The notes beneath the pieces are model-generated. The model did no database searches and had not been told where the DNA came from. It was given only the letters and a program-made list of their open reading frames with translations. Source: Blastocatellia bacterium (GTDB taxonomy: Bacteria; Acidobacteriota; Blastocatellia; UBA7656). Taken from it: a DNA stretch of 51,020 bases. The number at the start of each line of letters is the position of its first letter. Position 1 is the first letter of the stretch. This document shows positions 26,431-35,918 of the stretch, piece by piece. The position numbers were made by a program, and so were the translations under genes. The stretch spans positions 1-51,020 of the forward strand of contig DATBMY010000447.1 of NCBI GenBank assembly GCA_036554605.1. The letters run 5' to 3'.

Positions 26431-26441
26431 AGCCCTTCTCG

Positions 26442-27581
26442 TCAAACCAGTTTCTTGCGGAATCGAAGCGCGCTCAAAACGATCAGCACAAAACCCATCA
26501 GCGATAGTATCATCACCTCTTCAAACAGGTCCCCGAACGTCGCCCCGCGCAGGACAATACCGCGAATTATCTCTATGAAGTGTGTTGCGGGGACAAGCGA
26601 CCCGATGAACTGCATTACGACGGGCATCGAATCGCGCGGAAACATGAAGCCGGACAGCAGGACCGACGGGAGCATAATCAGCCATGCGAACTGCAAAGCC
26701 TGCATCTGGTTTTGCGCCCGCGTCGAAATCAGCAGTCCTATCGCAAGGGCAGTGAAGAGAAATATGACAGACAACGATAAGAGCAAGGTCACCGATCCGT
26801 TGATCGGCACGTCAAAGACAAGACGCATAACTGCCAGCACGCTTACCGTCTCGAAAATGCCTATAAGTGCGTAAGGTACGAGCTTGCCCAGCATTAAACC
26901 GAAAGGGCGAACCGGAGTGACCAGCAACTGCTCAAGCGTGCCGCGCTCGCGCTCGCGCACGACCGAGAACGCGGTGAGCATGGTTGTTATCATTTGCAGT
27001 ATTATCGCGATGAGCCCTGGCACCATGAAATTTGCCGAGCGGGAGTCCGGATTGAAGAGCATCTTTGGCCGCACGTCGACTGGAAGCCCCCCCATGCGCG
27101 CCTCCAACTCTCCCGCCAGCCGCTCCATAGACTCTGTCAGGCCGACCTGACTCGATACCTGCAAGCTTTGAGACGCGATGCTCGAATCCGATCCGTCGAT
27201 TAAAACAAGGACGGTTGCCTGGCGATTTGAAGCAAGTCGCCCCGAATATTCGGGCGGTATCTTTATGCCTACTTTCACCCGGCCCGATATGATTGCGTTA
27301 TTCAGCTCGTCGTCGGATGCGACATACTCGATGATGTGGAAATAGTCCGTATTCTCGAAGGCATCGAGAAGTTCGCGAGACTCGCGCCCGACATCCAGGT
27401 TATAAACGGCGGTCTTTACGTCGCGCACGTCCGTGTTGATCGCGTAGCCGAAGATCAGCAATTGCATCATCGGGACCACGAGCATCAAGACCAGCGTGAT
27501 GGGGTCGCGGCTGATCTGAATGATCTCCTTATAAAAGACGGAGCCGAATCCCTTAAACATTGCCAGCCCCATTTTGACCAT
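26442..27581 (-). CDS. ABC-2-type transporter permease
   Basis: Six hydrophobic helices after a large periplasmic loop (YbhS/YhhJ-like layout). The start is ambiguous: ATG 27581, or ATG 27560 ([20 protein letters not shown]), which overlaps the ATPase stop by 8 nt. Confidence 0.85.
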   Translation of the reverse strand: MVKMGLAMFKGFGSVFYKEIIQISRDPITLVLMLVVPMMQLLIFGYAINTDVRDVKTAVYNLDVGRESRELLDAFENTDYFHIIEYVASDDELNNAIISGRVKVGIKIPPEYSGRLASNRQATVLVLIDGSDSSIASQSLQVSSQVGLTESMERLAGELEARMGGLPVDVRPKMLFNPDSRSANFMVPGLIAIILQMITTMLTAFSVVRERERGTLEQLLVTPVRPFGLMLGKLVPYALIGIFETVSVLAVMRLVFDVPINGSVTLLLSLSVIFLFTALAIGLLISTRAQNQMQALQFAWLIMLPSVLLSGFMFPRDSMPVVMQFIGSLVPATHFIEIIRGIVLRGATFGDLFEEVMILSLMGFVLIVLSALRFRKKLV

Positions 27582-28518
27582 TGGCCGTCTGGGCCCGCTT
27601 TGTCAGCGTCACGAAAACGTCTTCGAGCGAAGGACGCGCCTGTTTTATCTCGGCCTGGGTGATGCCTATCCTCTCCAGCCTCTCTCTTATGCGGTCGAGA
27701 GGCACGGCCCGATCCATCAGCAAGTGAATCGATTGACCGAATATGGTCGCGCTCGACACATAATCGGCCCGCTTTAGCTCTGCAAGCGCAACCGTAGTAT
27801 TTGGGCATATGACTTCTACCCACATCGACTCGGCGGGCGTCACTTCGGGCAGCCGCTTCAGTTCATCCGGGCGTCCATAAGTGATCAGATTTGAGTTGTA
27901 TATGTAACCCACGCGCGCGCAGCGCTCGGCTTCATCCATATAATGAGTCGTTACAAAGAGTGTTATCCCCGCGCCTGAAAGCTGAAAGAAAAGATCCCAT
28001 AATTCGCGCCGCGCCACGGGGTCGATCCCGGCCGTAGGCTCGTCAAGAAAAATGATCTTCGGCTCATGAACGAGTGCGCAAGAAAGCGCGAGCCGCTGCT
28101 TCCAGCCGCCCGACAGCGCTCCGGCGCGGCGGTCGACAAATTCCCTTATGTGAGTCAGCTCGATCACTTCCTCGCGCCGGCGCTTGAGCCGGTCGCCCTT
28201 CAGGCCATAGACGTGAGAGTAGAAGTTTATGTTCTCCCAGACCGTGAGGTCCTGATAGAGACTGAACTGCTGTGACATGTAACCGATGTTCTGGCGTATC
28301 TCCTCAGACTCTCTGATTATGTCGAACCCCGCGACACTTGCCGTGCCCGCCGAGGGCGCAATGAGTCCGCACAGCATTCTTATGAGCGTAGACTTTCCCG
28401 AACCGTTTGGTCCAAGAAAACCGAATATCTCACCGCCTTCTACCGTAAAGCGGAGATCGTTTACCGCAACGAAGTCGCCGAACTTCTTTGTCAAACCATT
28501 GATCTCTATCGCAGCCAT
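27553..28518 (-). CDS. ABC transporter ATP-binding protein
   Basis: Walker [10 protein letters not shown], signature LSGGWKQRL, Walker B IIFLDEPT. Confidence 0.92.
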   Translation of the reverse strand: MAAIEINGLTKKFGDFVAVNDLRFTVEGGEIFGFLGPNGSGKSTLIRMLCGLIAPSAGTASVAGFDIIRESEEIRQNIGYMSQQFSLYQDLTVWENINFYSHVYGLKGDRLKRRREEVIELTHIREFVDRRAGALSGGWKQRLALSCALVHEPKIIFLDEPTAGIDPVARRELWDLFFQLSGAGITLFVTTHYMDEAERCARVGYIYNSNLITYGRPDELKRLPEVTPAESMWVEVICPNTTVALAELKRADYVSSATIFGQSIHLLMDRAVPLDRIRERLERIGITQAEIKQARPSLEDVFVTLTKRAQTANGQNGAGNV

Positions 28519-28524
28519 ACCAGT

Positions 28525-29676
28525 CTATCTCATGATCGTGACATCGGCGGCCATGCCGGCACGCAGCTTACGGTCTCCATCCTTGAGTCGCACGCGCACG
28601 CCAAAGACCTGATGCGTCCGCTCTTCGCGTGTCTGGACGTTGCGCGGAGTGAACTCGCCCTGCGCGGCGATCTGCTCAACACTGCCCGAAAAAGCTGTAT
28701 CCCCAAAAGTATCGACCGTCACCGAGACTTCCTTGCCCAACTGTATGTGACCGAGTTCCGGCTCAGGCACATATACGCGCACCCAGAGCCGGCTCAATTC
28801 AACCAGCGTCGCGACCGAGGCGTTTGGGGTGATAAGATCTCCGGGCCTCACCTGTAGCACTTCGACATAGCAATCCGACGGGGCGCGGATTTCAAGCTCG
28901 GTCATCTGAGTATCGATCTGCTGGAGCCCGGCGCGGGCGCGCTCCAATTGCGCCTTCGCCGTTTCGATGTCCTCGCGCCGCGCGCCTCGCTCTACAAGCT
29001 CGCGCCGTGCCGCGGCCTGTTTGTACTGGCGCTCGGCTCGCGCAATCTCTTCGCTGCGCGTCCCGGCAAGAAGAAGGTCCAATCGCTGGCGGGCCGCCTC
29101 TTGCCGCGCCGCGGCGCGGTCGAATGCGGATTTCGCGTTATCGTAGTCCTGACGTGATTGAACGCCGGTTTTGACAAGCTGCTCTACTCTGGCGAGCGTG
29201 GCCCGCGCAACGTCCAGGTCGGCAGATGCCGCGGCCATCTCAGCGCGCGCCGCGTCAACTTCCTGATCCCGCGGCCCGTTTCGAGCAAGCTCATAAGCCA
29301 TCCAGGCCGCTTCGGCCGAGGCGCGCGCCTCGGCCACCTCTTCCGGTCTGAACCATTTCTCGGTCTTTTCCAGGTTCGCTTCCGCCTGCGCGACCGCGGC
29401 GAGGGCATCGGCGCGGCGCGCATCTAGATCGTAGCTTTCGAAGCGGACCAGCGCCTCTCCTTGCTTCACCATCTGGCCTTCCTTAACTAGCACCGCGGCT
29501 ATGCGCCCGCCGACCTTTGAGCCTACATGAATCTCGTCGGCTTCGATCGTTCCGGATAAAACCAGGCGGTCGGGCGCGTCTTGCCCGCTGAGGTATCTCC
29601 AGGCCGCTGCCGCGGCGGCTGCTACCGCTATCAGCGCGACGATCAGTATAGTTTTTCGAAAGCGACTTTTGTTCAT
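28525..29676 (-). CDS. HlyD-family membrane-fusion/periplasmic adaptor protein
   Basis: N-terminal TM helix, a long Ala/Arg/Glu-rich coiled coil and a C-terminal beta-barrel segment. Positioned between the TetR and ABC genes. Confidence 0.85.
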   Translation of the reverse strand: MNKSRFRKTILIVALIAVAAAAAAAWRYLSGQDAPDRLVLSGTIEADEIHVGSKVGGRIAAVLVKEGQMVKQGEALVRFESYDLDARRADALAAVAQAEANLEKTEKWFRPEEVAEARASAEAAWMAYELARNGPRDQEVDAARAEMAAASADLDVARATLARVEQLVKTGVQSRQDYDNAKSAFDRAAARQEAARQRLDLLLAGTRSEEIARAERQYKQAAARRELVERGARREDIETAKAQLERARAGLQQIDTQMTELEIRAPSDCYVEVLQVRPGDLITPNASVATLVELSRLWVRVYVPEPELGHIQLGKEVSVTVDTFGDTAFSGSVEQIAAQGEFTPRNVQTREERTHQVFGVRVRLKDGDRKLRAGMAADVTIMR

Positions 29677-29688
29677 AGCTCGCCTACG

Positions 29689-30360
29689 TCAACGCCCGGC
29701 GCGCTTTTTTGTAGCGGCGGGCTTCTTATTCTTCGATTTGCGCTTAACGCTCCTCGCGCCGTTTAAGAACAGGTCTACGGTGTGATCGGATAGACGTTCT
29801 ATAAACTCATTATCATATTTTTCTTTGCCGAGGATTACCGATATAAGCGGTTGCGCAACCTGAAAGATAAGCACCATGCCAATGAGGCTTACAGGCGCGA
29901 GGTCCGTATCTATCTGCCTCAGTTGCTTGCGGCGAAGGCCTTCGCGCATAGCCTCGCGCGCCAGGGCATAGTTCGGAATATAATGTTGTTCCGCTATCTC
30001 CTTCAGGTATTTGCCGCCGGATATCATCTCGCGCAGAAGTATGCGGGCCAGGTTTTGGTGGCTGAAGACATAAGTGGCGTAAGCCTTTACGAACCCGCGC
30101 AATCTTTCCTCAACGGAATCGAGTCCGGCGGTTGACTCTAGAAGTAAGGCCCGAATTTCTCCGGCGGCGTTTTTGAGAATGGCGCGATAGAGCCCCTCCT
30201 TATTACCAAAATAGTAGTGAATCATCGCGCCGTTTACGCCGGCGCTAGCGGTAATCTCGCGAATGCCGACGCCTGCAAACCCTTGCGAGGCAAACAACCC
30301 CTCGGCCGCTCGCATGATATTCGCCTTCACCTTAGGATCGTCCGCCCTTGGCCTCCCCAT
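29689..30360 (-). CDS. TetR/AcrR-family transcriptional regulator
   Basis: N-terminal HTH FASQGFAGVGIREITASAGVNGAMIHYYFGNKEGLY. SD AAGGAGAG. Confidence 0.88.
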   Translation of the reverse strand: MGRPRADDPKVKANIMRAAEGLFASQGFAGVGIREITASAGVNGAMIHYYFGNKEGLYRAILKNAAGEIRALLLESTAGLDSVEERLRGFVKAYATYVFSHQNLARILLREMISGGKYLKEIAEQHYIPNYALAREAMREGLRRKQLRQIDTDLAPVSLIGMVLIFQVAQPLISVILGKEKYDNEFIERLSDHTVDLFLNGARSVKRKSKNKKPAATKKRAGR

Positions 30361-30375
30361 ATCTCTCCTTATCGG

Positions 30376-30399
30376 ATTTAATCAAACGCTTGATTAAAT
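30376..30399. promoter_or_regulatory. probable TetR operator: perfect inverted repeat ATTTAATCAA-ACGC-TTGATTAAAT
   Basis: 10-bp arms, 16 nt upstream of the tetR start, in an AT-rich promoter region. Confidence 0.55.
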
Positions 30400-30565
30400 A
30401 ATATACTATCGCTCTGATAAGTCAACATCGCGGGCGATCTGGACAGAGCGAGCCTGGCTCGGATCCCTTCAGGTCAGCTACTTGAGTGGAGATTAATCGA
30501 TCGGCGGAGTGATAACATATGAAAGCATTCCGTTCTTCAACGAGCAGATCTACAAGAGTCAGAGA

Positions 30566-32251
30566 TCAACGCCGCAACCTCCTGACCAGCATGCCTGTTG
30601 CGGCTTTCAACTGCTCGACGCCTAATAGCCACGCGCAAGCATAAAAGACTATCGCGCCGACTCCGACCGATGTCCCAACGTTTACCAATCTTGCCCAGAA
30701 ACTATGGCCCAGCCACGCGCCGGCCGCATTCGTCACTCCCCAGCATACGCCACCCATCATGATTGAGGCGGCTATTATTTTCGCCGTCGCCACCAGTGTC
30801 GCCCGGCCCTCGATCCCTTTAATGCGCCGCCGGATCAAGAGGTACAACAGTATGAAATTGAGAAGGGCGACAATCGAAGTCGATAGAGCCAGCCCGCGCT
30901 CGCGCATCGGGTCGACGAGCAACCAGTTCAATATGAAGTTTATTAATATCGAAAACAGGCTGATTAGCATAGGCTTGCGCGCATCACCGAGCGCGTAAAA
31001 TGCCGGCGCAAGTATCTTGATGGCGGCGTAGCCAGCAAGGCCTATGGCGTAAAAAGCGAGCGCGTCGGCCGTGCGGCCCGTATCGGCCGCCGTAAAGAGT
31101 CCGCGTTCGTATATCAGCGCGATGATCGGGCCGCCCAGCACTATGAGGCCTATAGCGGATGGGATGGTTAAGAGGAATGCCATCTGGATCGAGCTGGCAA
31201 GCGTATGTCGAAATTCATCGATGTCATCTCGCGCGGCGCTTCTCGATACTGCGGGCAGCGTAGCCGTGGCGATGGCCACGCCGAACACCCCGATGGGAAA
31301 TTGCATAAAGCGGAATGCATAATTAAGCCACGATACCGCGCCATTTTCGGGAATGGCCGAAGCAAAGTTGCTGTTGATCAGCACGTTTATTTGAACGGCC
31401 GCGCCGCCTATGAGCGCCGGCCCCATCAGTTTCAGTATGCGCCGGACTCCGGGATCGGAAAGACTGAGCGCCGGCCGAAACCTTAAACCAATCCGGCGCA
31501 GACTCGGCCATTGCACCGAGTACTGAAGAAAGCCGCCGATGAGCACCCCGTAAGCCATACCTGCTATCCCTTCTACGGGATTCTCGATTATGGATTGGAA
31601 AGGCCGAGAGAATGTCGGGTCAGTGAGCAGCGCCGCCATGGCTACGCCGCCGACTATCGAGCCTATATTAAAAAAGGAGGATGAGAGCGCCGGGATTGCG
31701 AAGCGGTCGCGCGCGTTAAGGATGCCCATTGCCTGCGCCGCGAGCGCGACCAGAAGGATAAAAGGCATCATGATACGCGTGAGCCTTACGGTCAGCGCAA
31801 ATTTTTCCGGATCCTCCTCAAACCCATGCGCGATGAGCAGAACCACCTGAGGCGCGAAGATTATCCCGAGCACTACAATAGTTCCGAGCACGAGGATAAG
31901 CAGGGTGGCTATGTAATTCGACAGCCTGAATGCCGCCTTCTCATCTTTATTGACGAGGTAATCCGAAAATACAGGAACGAAGGCGCTCGAAAGCGCGCCT
32001 TCCGCAAAGAGATCTCGAAGCAGGTTCGGGATGCGAAATGCTATGACGTAAGCATCGTTGGCGATGCTGCGCGATGCGCCGAAAAAGAATGCGAAGACCA
32101 TCTCGCGCGCAAGTCCTAGCACTCGACTTGCCATGACGGCGAGACTGACAATGCCGGCCGAGCGTGCAACGCTTGCAGGCTGGCGCGTCGAGATTCCCGC
32201 CTGTTCGGAGACGGCGGTCTTCGGCTGGTCGCGCTCTATGGGAGGATTCAT
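30566..32251 (-). CDS. murJ: lipid II flippase MurJ (MviN)
   Basis: SRVLGLAREMVFAFFFGASRSIANDAYVIAFRIPNLLRDLFAEGALSSAFVPVF is the conserved MurJ N-terminus. About 14 TM helices; 561 aa. Confidence 0.9.
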   Translation of the reverse strand: MNPPIERDQPKTAVSEQAGISTRQPASVARSAGIVSLAVMASRVLGLAREMVFAFFFGASRSIANDAYVIAFRIPNLLRDLFAEGALSSAFVPVFSDYLVNKDEKAAFRLSNYIATLLILVLGTIVVLGIIFAPQVVLLIAHGFEEDPEKFALTVRLTRIMMPFILLVALAAQAMGILNARDRFAIPALSSSFFNIGSIVGGVAMAALLTDPTFSRPFQSIIENPVEGIAGMAYGVLIGGFLQYSVQWPSLRRIGLRFRPALSLSDPGVRRILKLMGPALIGGAAVQINVLINSNFASAIPENGAVSWLNYAFRFMQFPIGVFGVAIATATLPAVSRSAARDDIDEFRHTLASSIQMAFLLTIPSAIGLIVLGGPIIALIYERGLFTAADTGRTADALAFYAIGLAGYAAIKILAPAFYALGDARKPMLISLFSILINFILNWLLVDPMRERGLALSTSIVALLNFILLYLLIRRRIKGIEGRATLVATAKIIAASIMMGGVCWGVTNAAGAWLGHSFWARLVNVGTSVGVGAIVFYACAWLLGVEQLKAATGMLVRRLRR

Positions 32252-32294
32252 CGCGTCTGATTCTATATGGTTTATTGAGACTATTCCATTGGCG

Positions 32295-32335
32295 AAAAAA
32301 TGGCCCGCAACGAGAGATCAACTTAGTTGCGGGCC
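32295..32335 (-). terminator. intrinsic terminator GGCCCGCAAC-N14-GTTGCGGGCC + T6 (minus-strand sense)
   Basis: 10-bp perfect stem followed by ATTTTTT on the minus strand, 23 nt after the regulator stop. Confidence 0.8.
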
Positions 32336-32357
32336 TTTCGAGGAGGGTTGCTTAACT

Positions 32358-33740
32358 TTATTCGAGATCGAGTTCTTTTATGCGCGTCAGCAGAGTCTTA
32401 TAGCTAACGCCGAGACGCTCCGCGGTCCGGGACTTATTAAACTCACACTCGCGAAGCGTCTGATCTATCTTCCGTCTCTCGACAAGACGCTGCGCGCGCA
32501 CGCTCACTTCGGCAAGGCTGCCTCGAAGATCGAATCCGCTCAAAAGCGAGAGTTCTTCGCGCAGTGTGTATTCAGCCGGCGGGCTGATGTTTAAATCCGC
32601 GGGCGCAATCTCCGTGCCGAGGGCCAGAATGCATGCGCGCTCGATTGCGTTTTCAAGCTCGCGCACATTGCCCGGCCAGTCATAGTCTTCAAGCGCGCGT
32701 AGCGCATGCTCGGAGAGCTTCAGCGGCATGCGTCGCAGCTCGCGCCCGTATTTAGAGGCGAAGAATTCGGAGAGCTGGCGTATGTCGGACCGGCGCTCGC
32801 GCAAGGCCGGTATGTGAACGGGGAAAACCGCCAGTCGAAAATAGAGATCCTCGCGAAACTGTTTGCCCGCGACCGCCGCCTTCAGATCGCGATTCGTCGC
32901 TGCGACTACCCGCACGTCGACATCGATGTCGGCCGAGCCGCCCAGTCTGGTTATCTTCCGCTCTTCAAGCACGCGCAGCAGCTTCGATTGTACAGCCGGT
33001 GCGATCTCACTTATCTCGTCCAGGAAGATCGTGCCGCGCGCCGCAAGCTCGAACTTCCCGACGCGCCGCTGATCCGCCCCGGTGTAGGCCCCCTTTTCGT
33101 GACCGAATAGCTCATTCTCGATTAGCGTATCGGGGATTGCCGCGCAATTGATGGCGATGAACGGGCCCGCCCGGCGCGGACTGAGATGATGTATCGCTCT
33201 GGCGAAAAGCTCTTTGCCAGTGCCGGACTCGCCCAGCAGCAACACTGAAGTAGGAGTCTGCGCGACCTGTTGTATTTCGCGCCCGACCTTTTGCATCGCC
33301 GCGGAATCGCCGATAATGCGCGGGAATCCGTACCGGCGTGCGTACTCTTCGCGCAGCAGGAGGTTTTCGGCTCGCAACCTCGCCTCTTCGAGCGCGCGCG
33401 CTACGAGCAAGAGCAGGTGCCGGCTGTCGACCGGCTTCTGTAGGAACTCATAAGCGCCCTCTTTCACCGCCTGAACAGCCTCTTCTATCGTGCCGTAAGC
33501 GGTCAGAAGGATCACTGCCGTGTTGGCATCCGACGTCTTGGCCGCGCGAAGTACCTCCAGCCCATCCGCGCGCGGCATCTTTAAATCGGTTATGACCAGC
33601 TTGTATCTGGTCTCATTTATCCTTCGCCGCGCCTCGGCTCCATCGCGAGCTTCGTCGACCGTATGCCCCGCGTTTTCAAGCGTCAGGCGAAGCATTTGCC
33701 TGAGACTGTCTTTATCTTCAACAAGTAGTATTTCCGCCAT
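32358..33740 (-). CDS. sigma-54-dependent NtrC-family response regulator (receiver + AAA+ + Fis HTH)
   Basis: ILLVEDKD...DLKMPRADG receiver, GESGTGKE Walker A, GAYTGA loop, and a C-terminal RTAERLGVSYKTL HTH. ATG 33740 is preferred to the upstream TTG at 33758. Confidence 0.9.
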   Translation of the reverse strand: MAEILLVEDKDSLRQMLRLTLENAGHTVDEARDGAEARRRINETRYKLVITDLKMPRADGLEVLRAAKTSDANTAVILLTAYGTIEEAVQAVKEGAYEFLQKPVDSRHLLLLVARALEEARLRAENLLLREEYARRYGFPRIIGDSAAMQKVGREIQQVAQTPTSVLLLGESGTGKELFARAIHHLSPRRAGPFIAINCAAIPDTLIENELFGHEKGAYTGADQRRVGKFELAARGTIFLDEISEIAPAVQSKLLRVLEERKITRLGGSADIDVDVRVVAATNRDLKAAVAGKQFREDLYFRLAVFPVHIPALRERRSDIRQLSEFFASKYGRELRRMPLKLSEHALRALEDYDWPGNVRELENAIERACILALGTEIAPADLNISPPAEYTLREELSLLSGFDLRGSLAEVSVRAQRLVERRKIDQTLRECEFNKSRTAERLGVSYKTLLTRIKELDLE

Positions 33741-33794
33741 CGCTGATATAAAGGACAAGTTCGTAGTGATCGAATTAAAGGGAGACTCGATAAA

Positions 33795-34640
33795 TCACCT
33801 GAAGACGCCAGGCGGAACATTCGCGCGACGGGCCGCATCCATCAGGGCCTCGATGTCGCTTTGCGCTTTCGTGCGAGCCGCTCGCGCTTCTTCAAGCTTC
33901 AATTGCACTTCATCACGCTCCTGCTGAAGGTGAGCTAAATAGAAATTATCCCCTGTCACAGTGTTATTAGTGATGCGCTGGTTTAAATCGCGCAAGCGGT
34001 TTTCATATAACTGTGCGCGTCGATCGGCAGACTGCCTGGCCTCGGTGAGCTTTGCGTATTGCGCGCGGTAATATTCCTCGTTGGGCTTGCCATCTTCGGA
34101 AGCTGCCTTCGGTCCGCTCGCCTCCTTAAACCCCTTCTCGCGTCCATATTCGAGGAGTTGCTTGAGGTCCGCGGCAGCGGCGCGCGCCTGCGCGCGCAGC
34201 TCGTTGAGGCGCTGGCCCGTCTGCTCAAGCTCGGCGGCGGATTGATTCCTATCCCTCGGCGTCTGGCCTGATCTATTTAACTCATTCCTGATAGCGGTTA
34301 CCCTCAGCTCGGTCTCTTCGGCCTGCCGCTCGAGGGCATTCGCGCGCTCGCGGGCGCTTCTGACGCGTTCACGCCAGGAAGCCTCTTCGGGAGTTACATC
34401 ATTGCCCTGCGCTTTTCCAGCCTCGACCTTGCCAGCCTCGGTCGATGCTGCTTCCTCATCCGATTGCTCGGGTACGGGACGTACCACGTCGTCCGTCGAG
34501 AGCCTTGGCGTTCTCTTTTTTGTGGACGCAGGCTGCTGCGCGTGAGCAATAGCGAGCGCGAACGCGCATGTCAAAAAAATGGCGATAAGGCGAGGGAGCC
34601 GCTCCACTGCCATCAAAGGAAGTGACCGAAAGCTTCTCAT
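33795..34640 (-). CDS. secreted Ala/Arg/Glu-rich coiled-coil protein, unknown function
   Basis: ATG 34640 with SD GGAG 5 nt upstream and signal peptide MRSFRSLPLMAVERLPRLIAIFLTCAFALAIAHA, followed by a long heptad-like sequence. Confidence 0.7.
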   Translation of the reverse strand: MRSFRSLPLMAVERLPRLIAIFLTCAFALAIAHAQQPASTKKRTPRLSTDDVVRPVPEQSDEEAASTEAGKVEAGKAQGNDVTPEEASWRERVRSARERANALERQAEETELRVTAIRNELNRSGQTPRDRNQSAAELEQTGQRLNELRAQARAAAADLKQLLEYGREKGFKEASGPKAASEDGKPNEEYYRAQYAKLTEARQSADRRAQLYENRLRDLNQRITNNTVTGDNFYLAHLQQERDEVQLKLEEARAARTKAQSDIEALMDAARRANVPPGVFR

Positions 34641-35111
34641 AAAATCTCCGGCTGTTTGCGCTGGGAAATCCAAGAGGGGCAGAAACTAGCGCAAGAATAA
34701 CCCAGGTGGGCACAGGGCGCAATAGTAAAGCTCAAACAGCCAGGGCAATTGCAAAGTAGCACTACCGGCGTAAAAACGAGGTTCAGCGCCTCAACCCGAT
34801 AGGCACTATACTTTCTCCTTGCCCCTGCCAGATTCCTGATCCCTTGCTTTAACACCAACCCGGTAATCAAATTGTTGATCACTTCCATCACCTGCGCTGC
34901 TTCTCCTCTCTTCAATCGGCAAGCATCCTCTCAGTATCAAAGATAAAAGGGTCGGATTATTTCTCTACCGAGAAGCTTGCGATGTTATGCTTCATCTAAG
35001 ACCTTCCTCCGGTTCTGTTTTGTACTACTTTTGATCTTGAACCGAGGTAGGTCTTTTCTTTTCAATTGGCAAGCGACTTTGCTGGAACCCTGTATGGCGG
35101 CGATGAATGAG

Positions 35112-35150
35112 AAGGCGCGAGAGTATCATGCTTGATACTCTCGCGCCCTT
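35112..35150 (-). terminator. hairpin with 15-bp perfect stem (GGCGCGAGAGTATCA-TGCT-TGATACTCTCGCGCC) after the EF-hand gene
   Basis: Read directly; 36 nt downstream of the stop at 35186. Only a modest U-tract on the minus strand. Confidence 0.6.
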
Positions 35151-35185
35151 TCCTGCTTGGAGCGGTCGTCAGTAGCTAAAGTTAA

Positions 35186-35890
35186 TTACTGGGGCTGGCC
35201 CTCTTTCTTCGCTTTCGCCCTCTCGGCCATCTGCCGAACGGCCGTGCCCGCCTCGTCGCGCGTCACCGAGCCGTCCTTGTTGAGATCCAGGCCCTTGAAT
35301 GCGCGCTCATTGCCCATCTCTTCGGCGGTTATCTTTCCGTCTTTATCCTTGTCGTACTTGGCAAAAAGATTCGCCACTTCGACGCCCCCCGTGGCCTGGC
35401 TGTGCGCTTCGTTGACGGCCTGGAAGAAACGGTTCATCTCTTCCTGAGTCAGCTCGCCATCTTTATTCTGGTCGAGTTGATCGAAGACCTCGGCGAGCTT
35501 TGCGAATTCCTCGCGCGTGACTTTGCCGCTGTTGTCGGAGTCGAGGTATTTGCTGAGGGTCTCGCCGAAACGCGGCCCGCGAAATTCCGTGCGCCCGCCG
35601 CGCATGCGATTGAACTCTTCTTCGTCGACAGAGCCGTCCTTGTTTTCGTCGAGACGGTCAAAGAATTGCGGCGGCATCTGAGAAGGGAACTCGTCGCGGG
35701 TGAGTTTCTTGTCCTTGTTCTTATCCAGATCGGCGAAGGTGGGCATCTGCATCTGCATCCTCATGCCACCCGGCCCGCCCGGTCCCGCCCCCGGAGGCGG
35801 CATCTGGGGCGGATGGTCCTGCGCCCGCGCCGCGCCCGCCCCGGCAAGCATTACGCTCGTTAGAAACATCAATGCGAAAAACTTCTTCAT
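35186..35890 (-). CDS. secreted calcium-binding protein with six EF-hand loops
   Basis: Signal peptide, then DLDKNKDKKLTRDEF, DENKDGSVDEEEF, DSDNSGKVTREEF, DQNKDGELTQEEM, DKDKDGKITAEEM and DLNKDGSVTRDEA (DxDxDG-type loops). SD GAGGAAG. Confidence 0.88.
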   Translation of the reverse strand: MKKFFALMFLTSVMLAGAGAARAQDHPPQMPPPGAGPGGPGGMRMQMQMPTFADLDKNKDKKLTRDEFPSQMPPQFFDRLDENKDGSVDEEEFNRMRGGRTEFRGPRFGETLSKYLDSDNSGKVTREEFAKLAEVFDQLDQNKDGELTQEEMNRFFQAVNEAHSQATGGVEVANLFAKYDKDKDGKITAEEMGNERAFKGLDLNKDGSVTRDEAGTAVRQMAERAKAKKEGQPQ

Positions 35891-35918
35891 GTGTTCTTCC
35901 TCGTTTTCAAAACAGTCG

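Noticed and set aside
26321-26578. 85-aa plus-strand ORF with a signal-peptide-like start (MRLMVVALLAILSVVAWG)
   Set aside because: It reads through a plus-strand terminator and then runs antisense into the ABC permease gene. It has no SD.
34637-34915. 92-codon Cys-rich minus-strand ORF with an ATGA overlap to the downstream gene (considered as a small Cys-rich or RiPP-like precursor)
   Set aside because: It has a TTG start and many codons that look rare for this genome (TTA, CTA, AGA, AGG, AGT, TAT, ATT). GC3 is only about 58 % by my count, and the same DNA forms extensive secondary structure. Kept as an open question in the leader finding, not called as a gene.
35066-35083. sigma-54-like element TTGGCAAGCGACTTTGCT, pointing at the 35114-35147 hairpin (would make a ~60-nt sRNA) and close to an NtrC-type regulator
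   Set aside because: The GG-to-GC spacing is 11 nt, not the strict 10 nt, and the -12 region is TTTGCT shifted by one. Retained only as a remote possibility.
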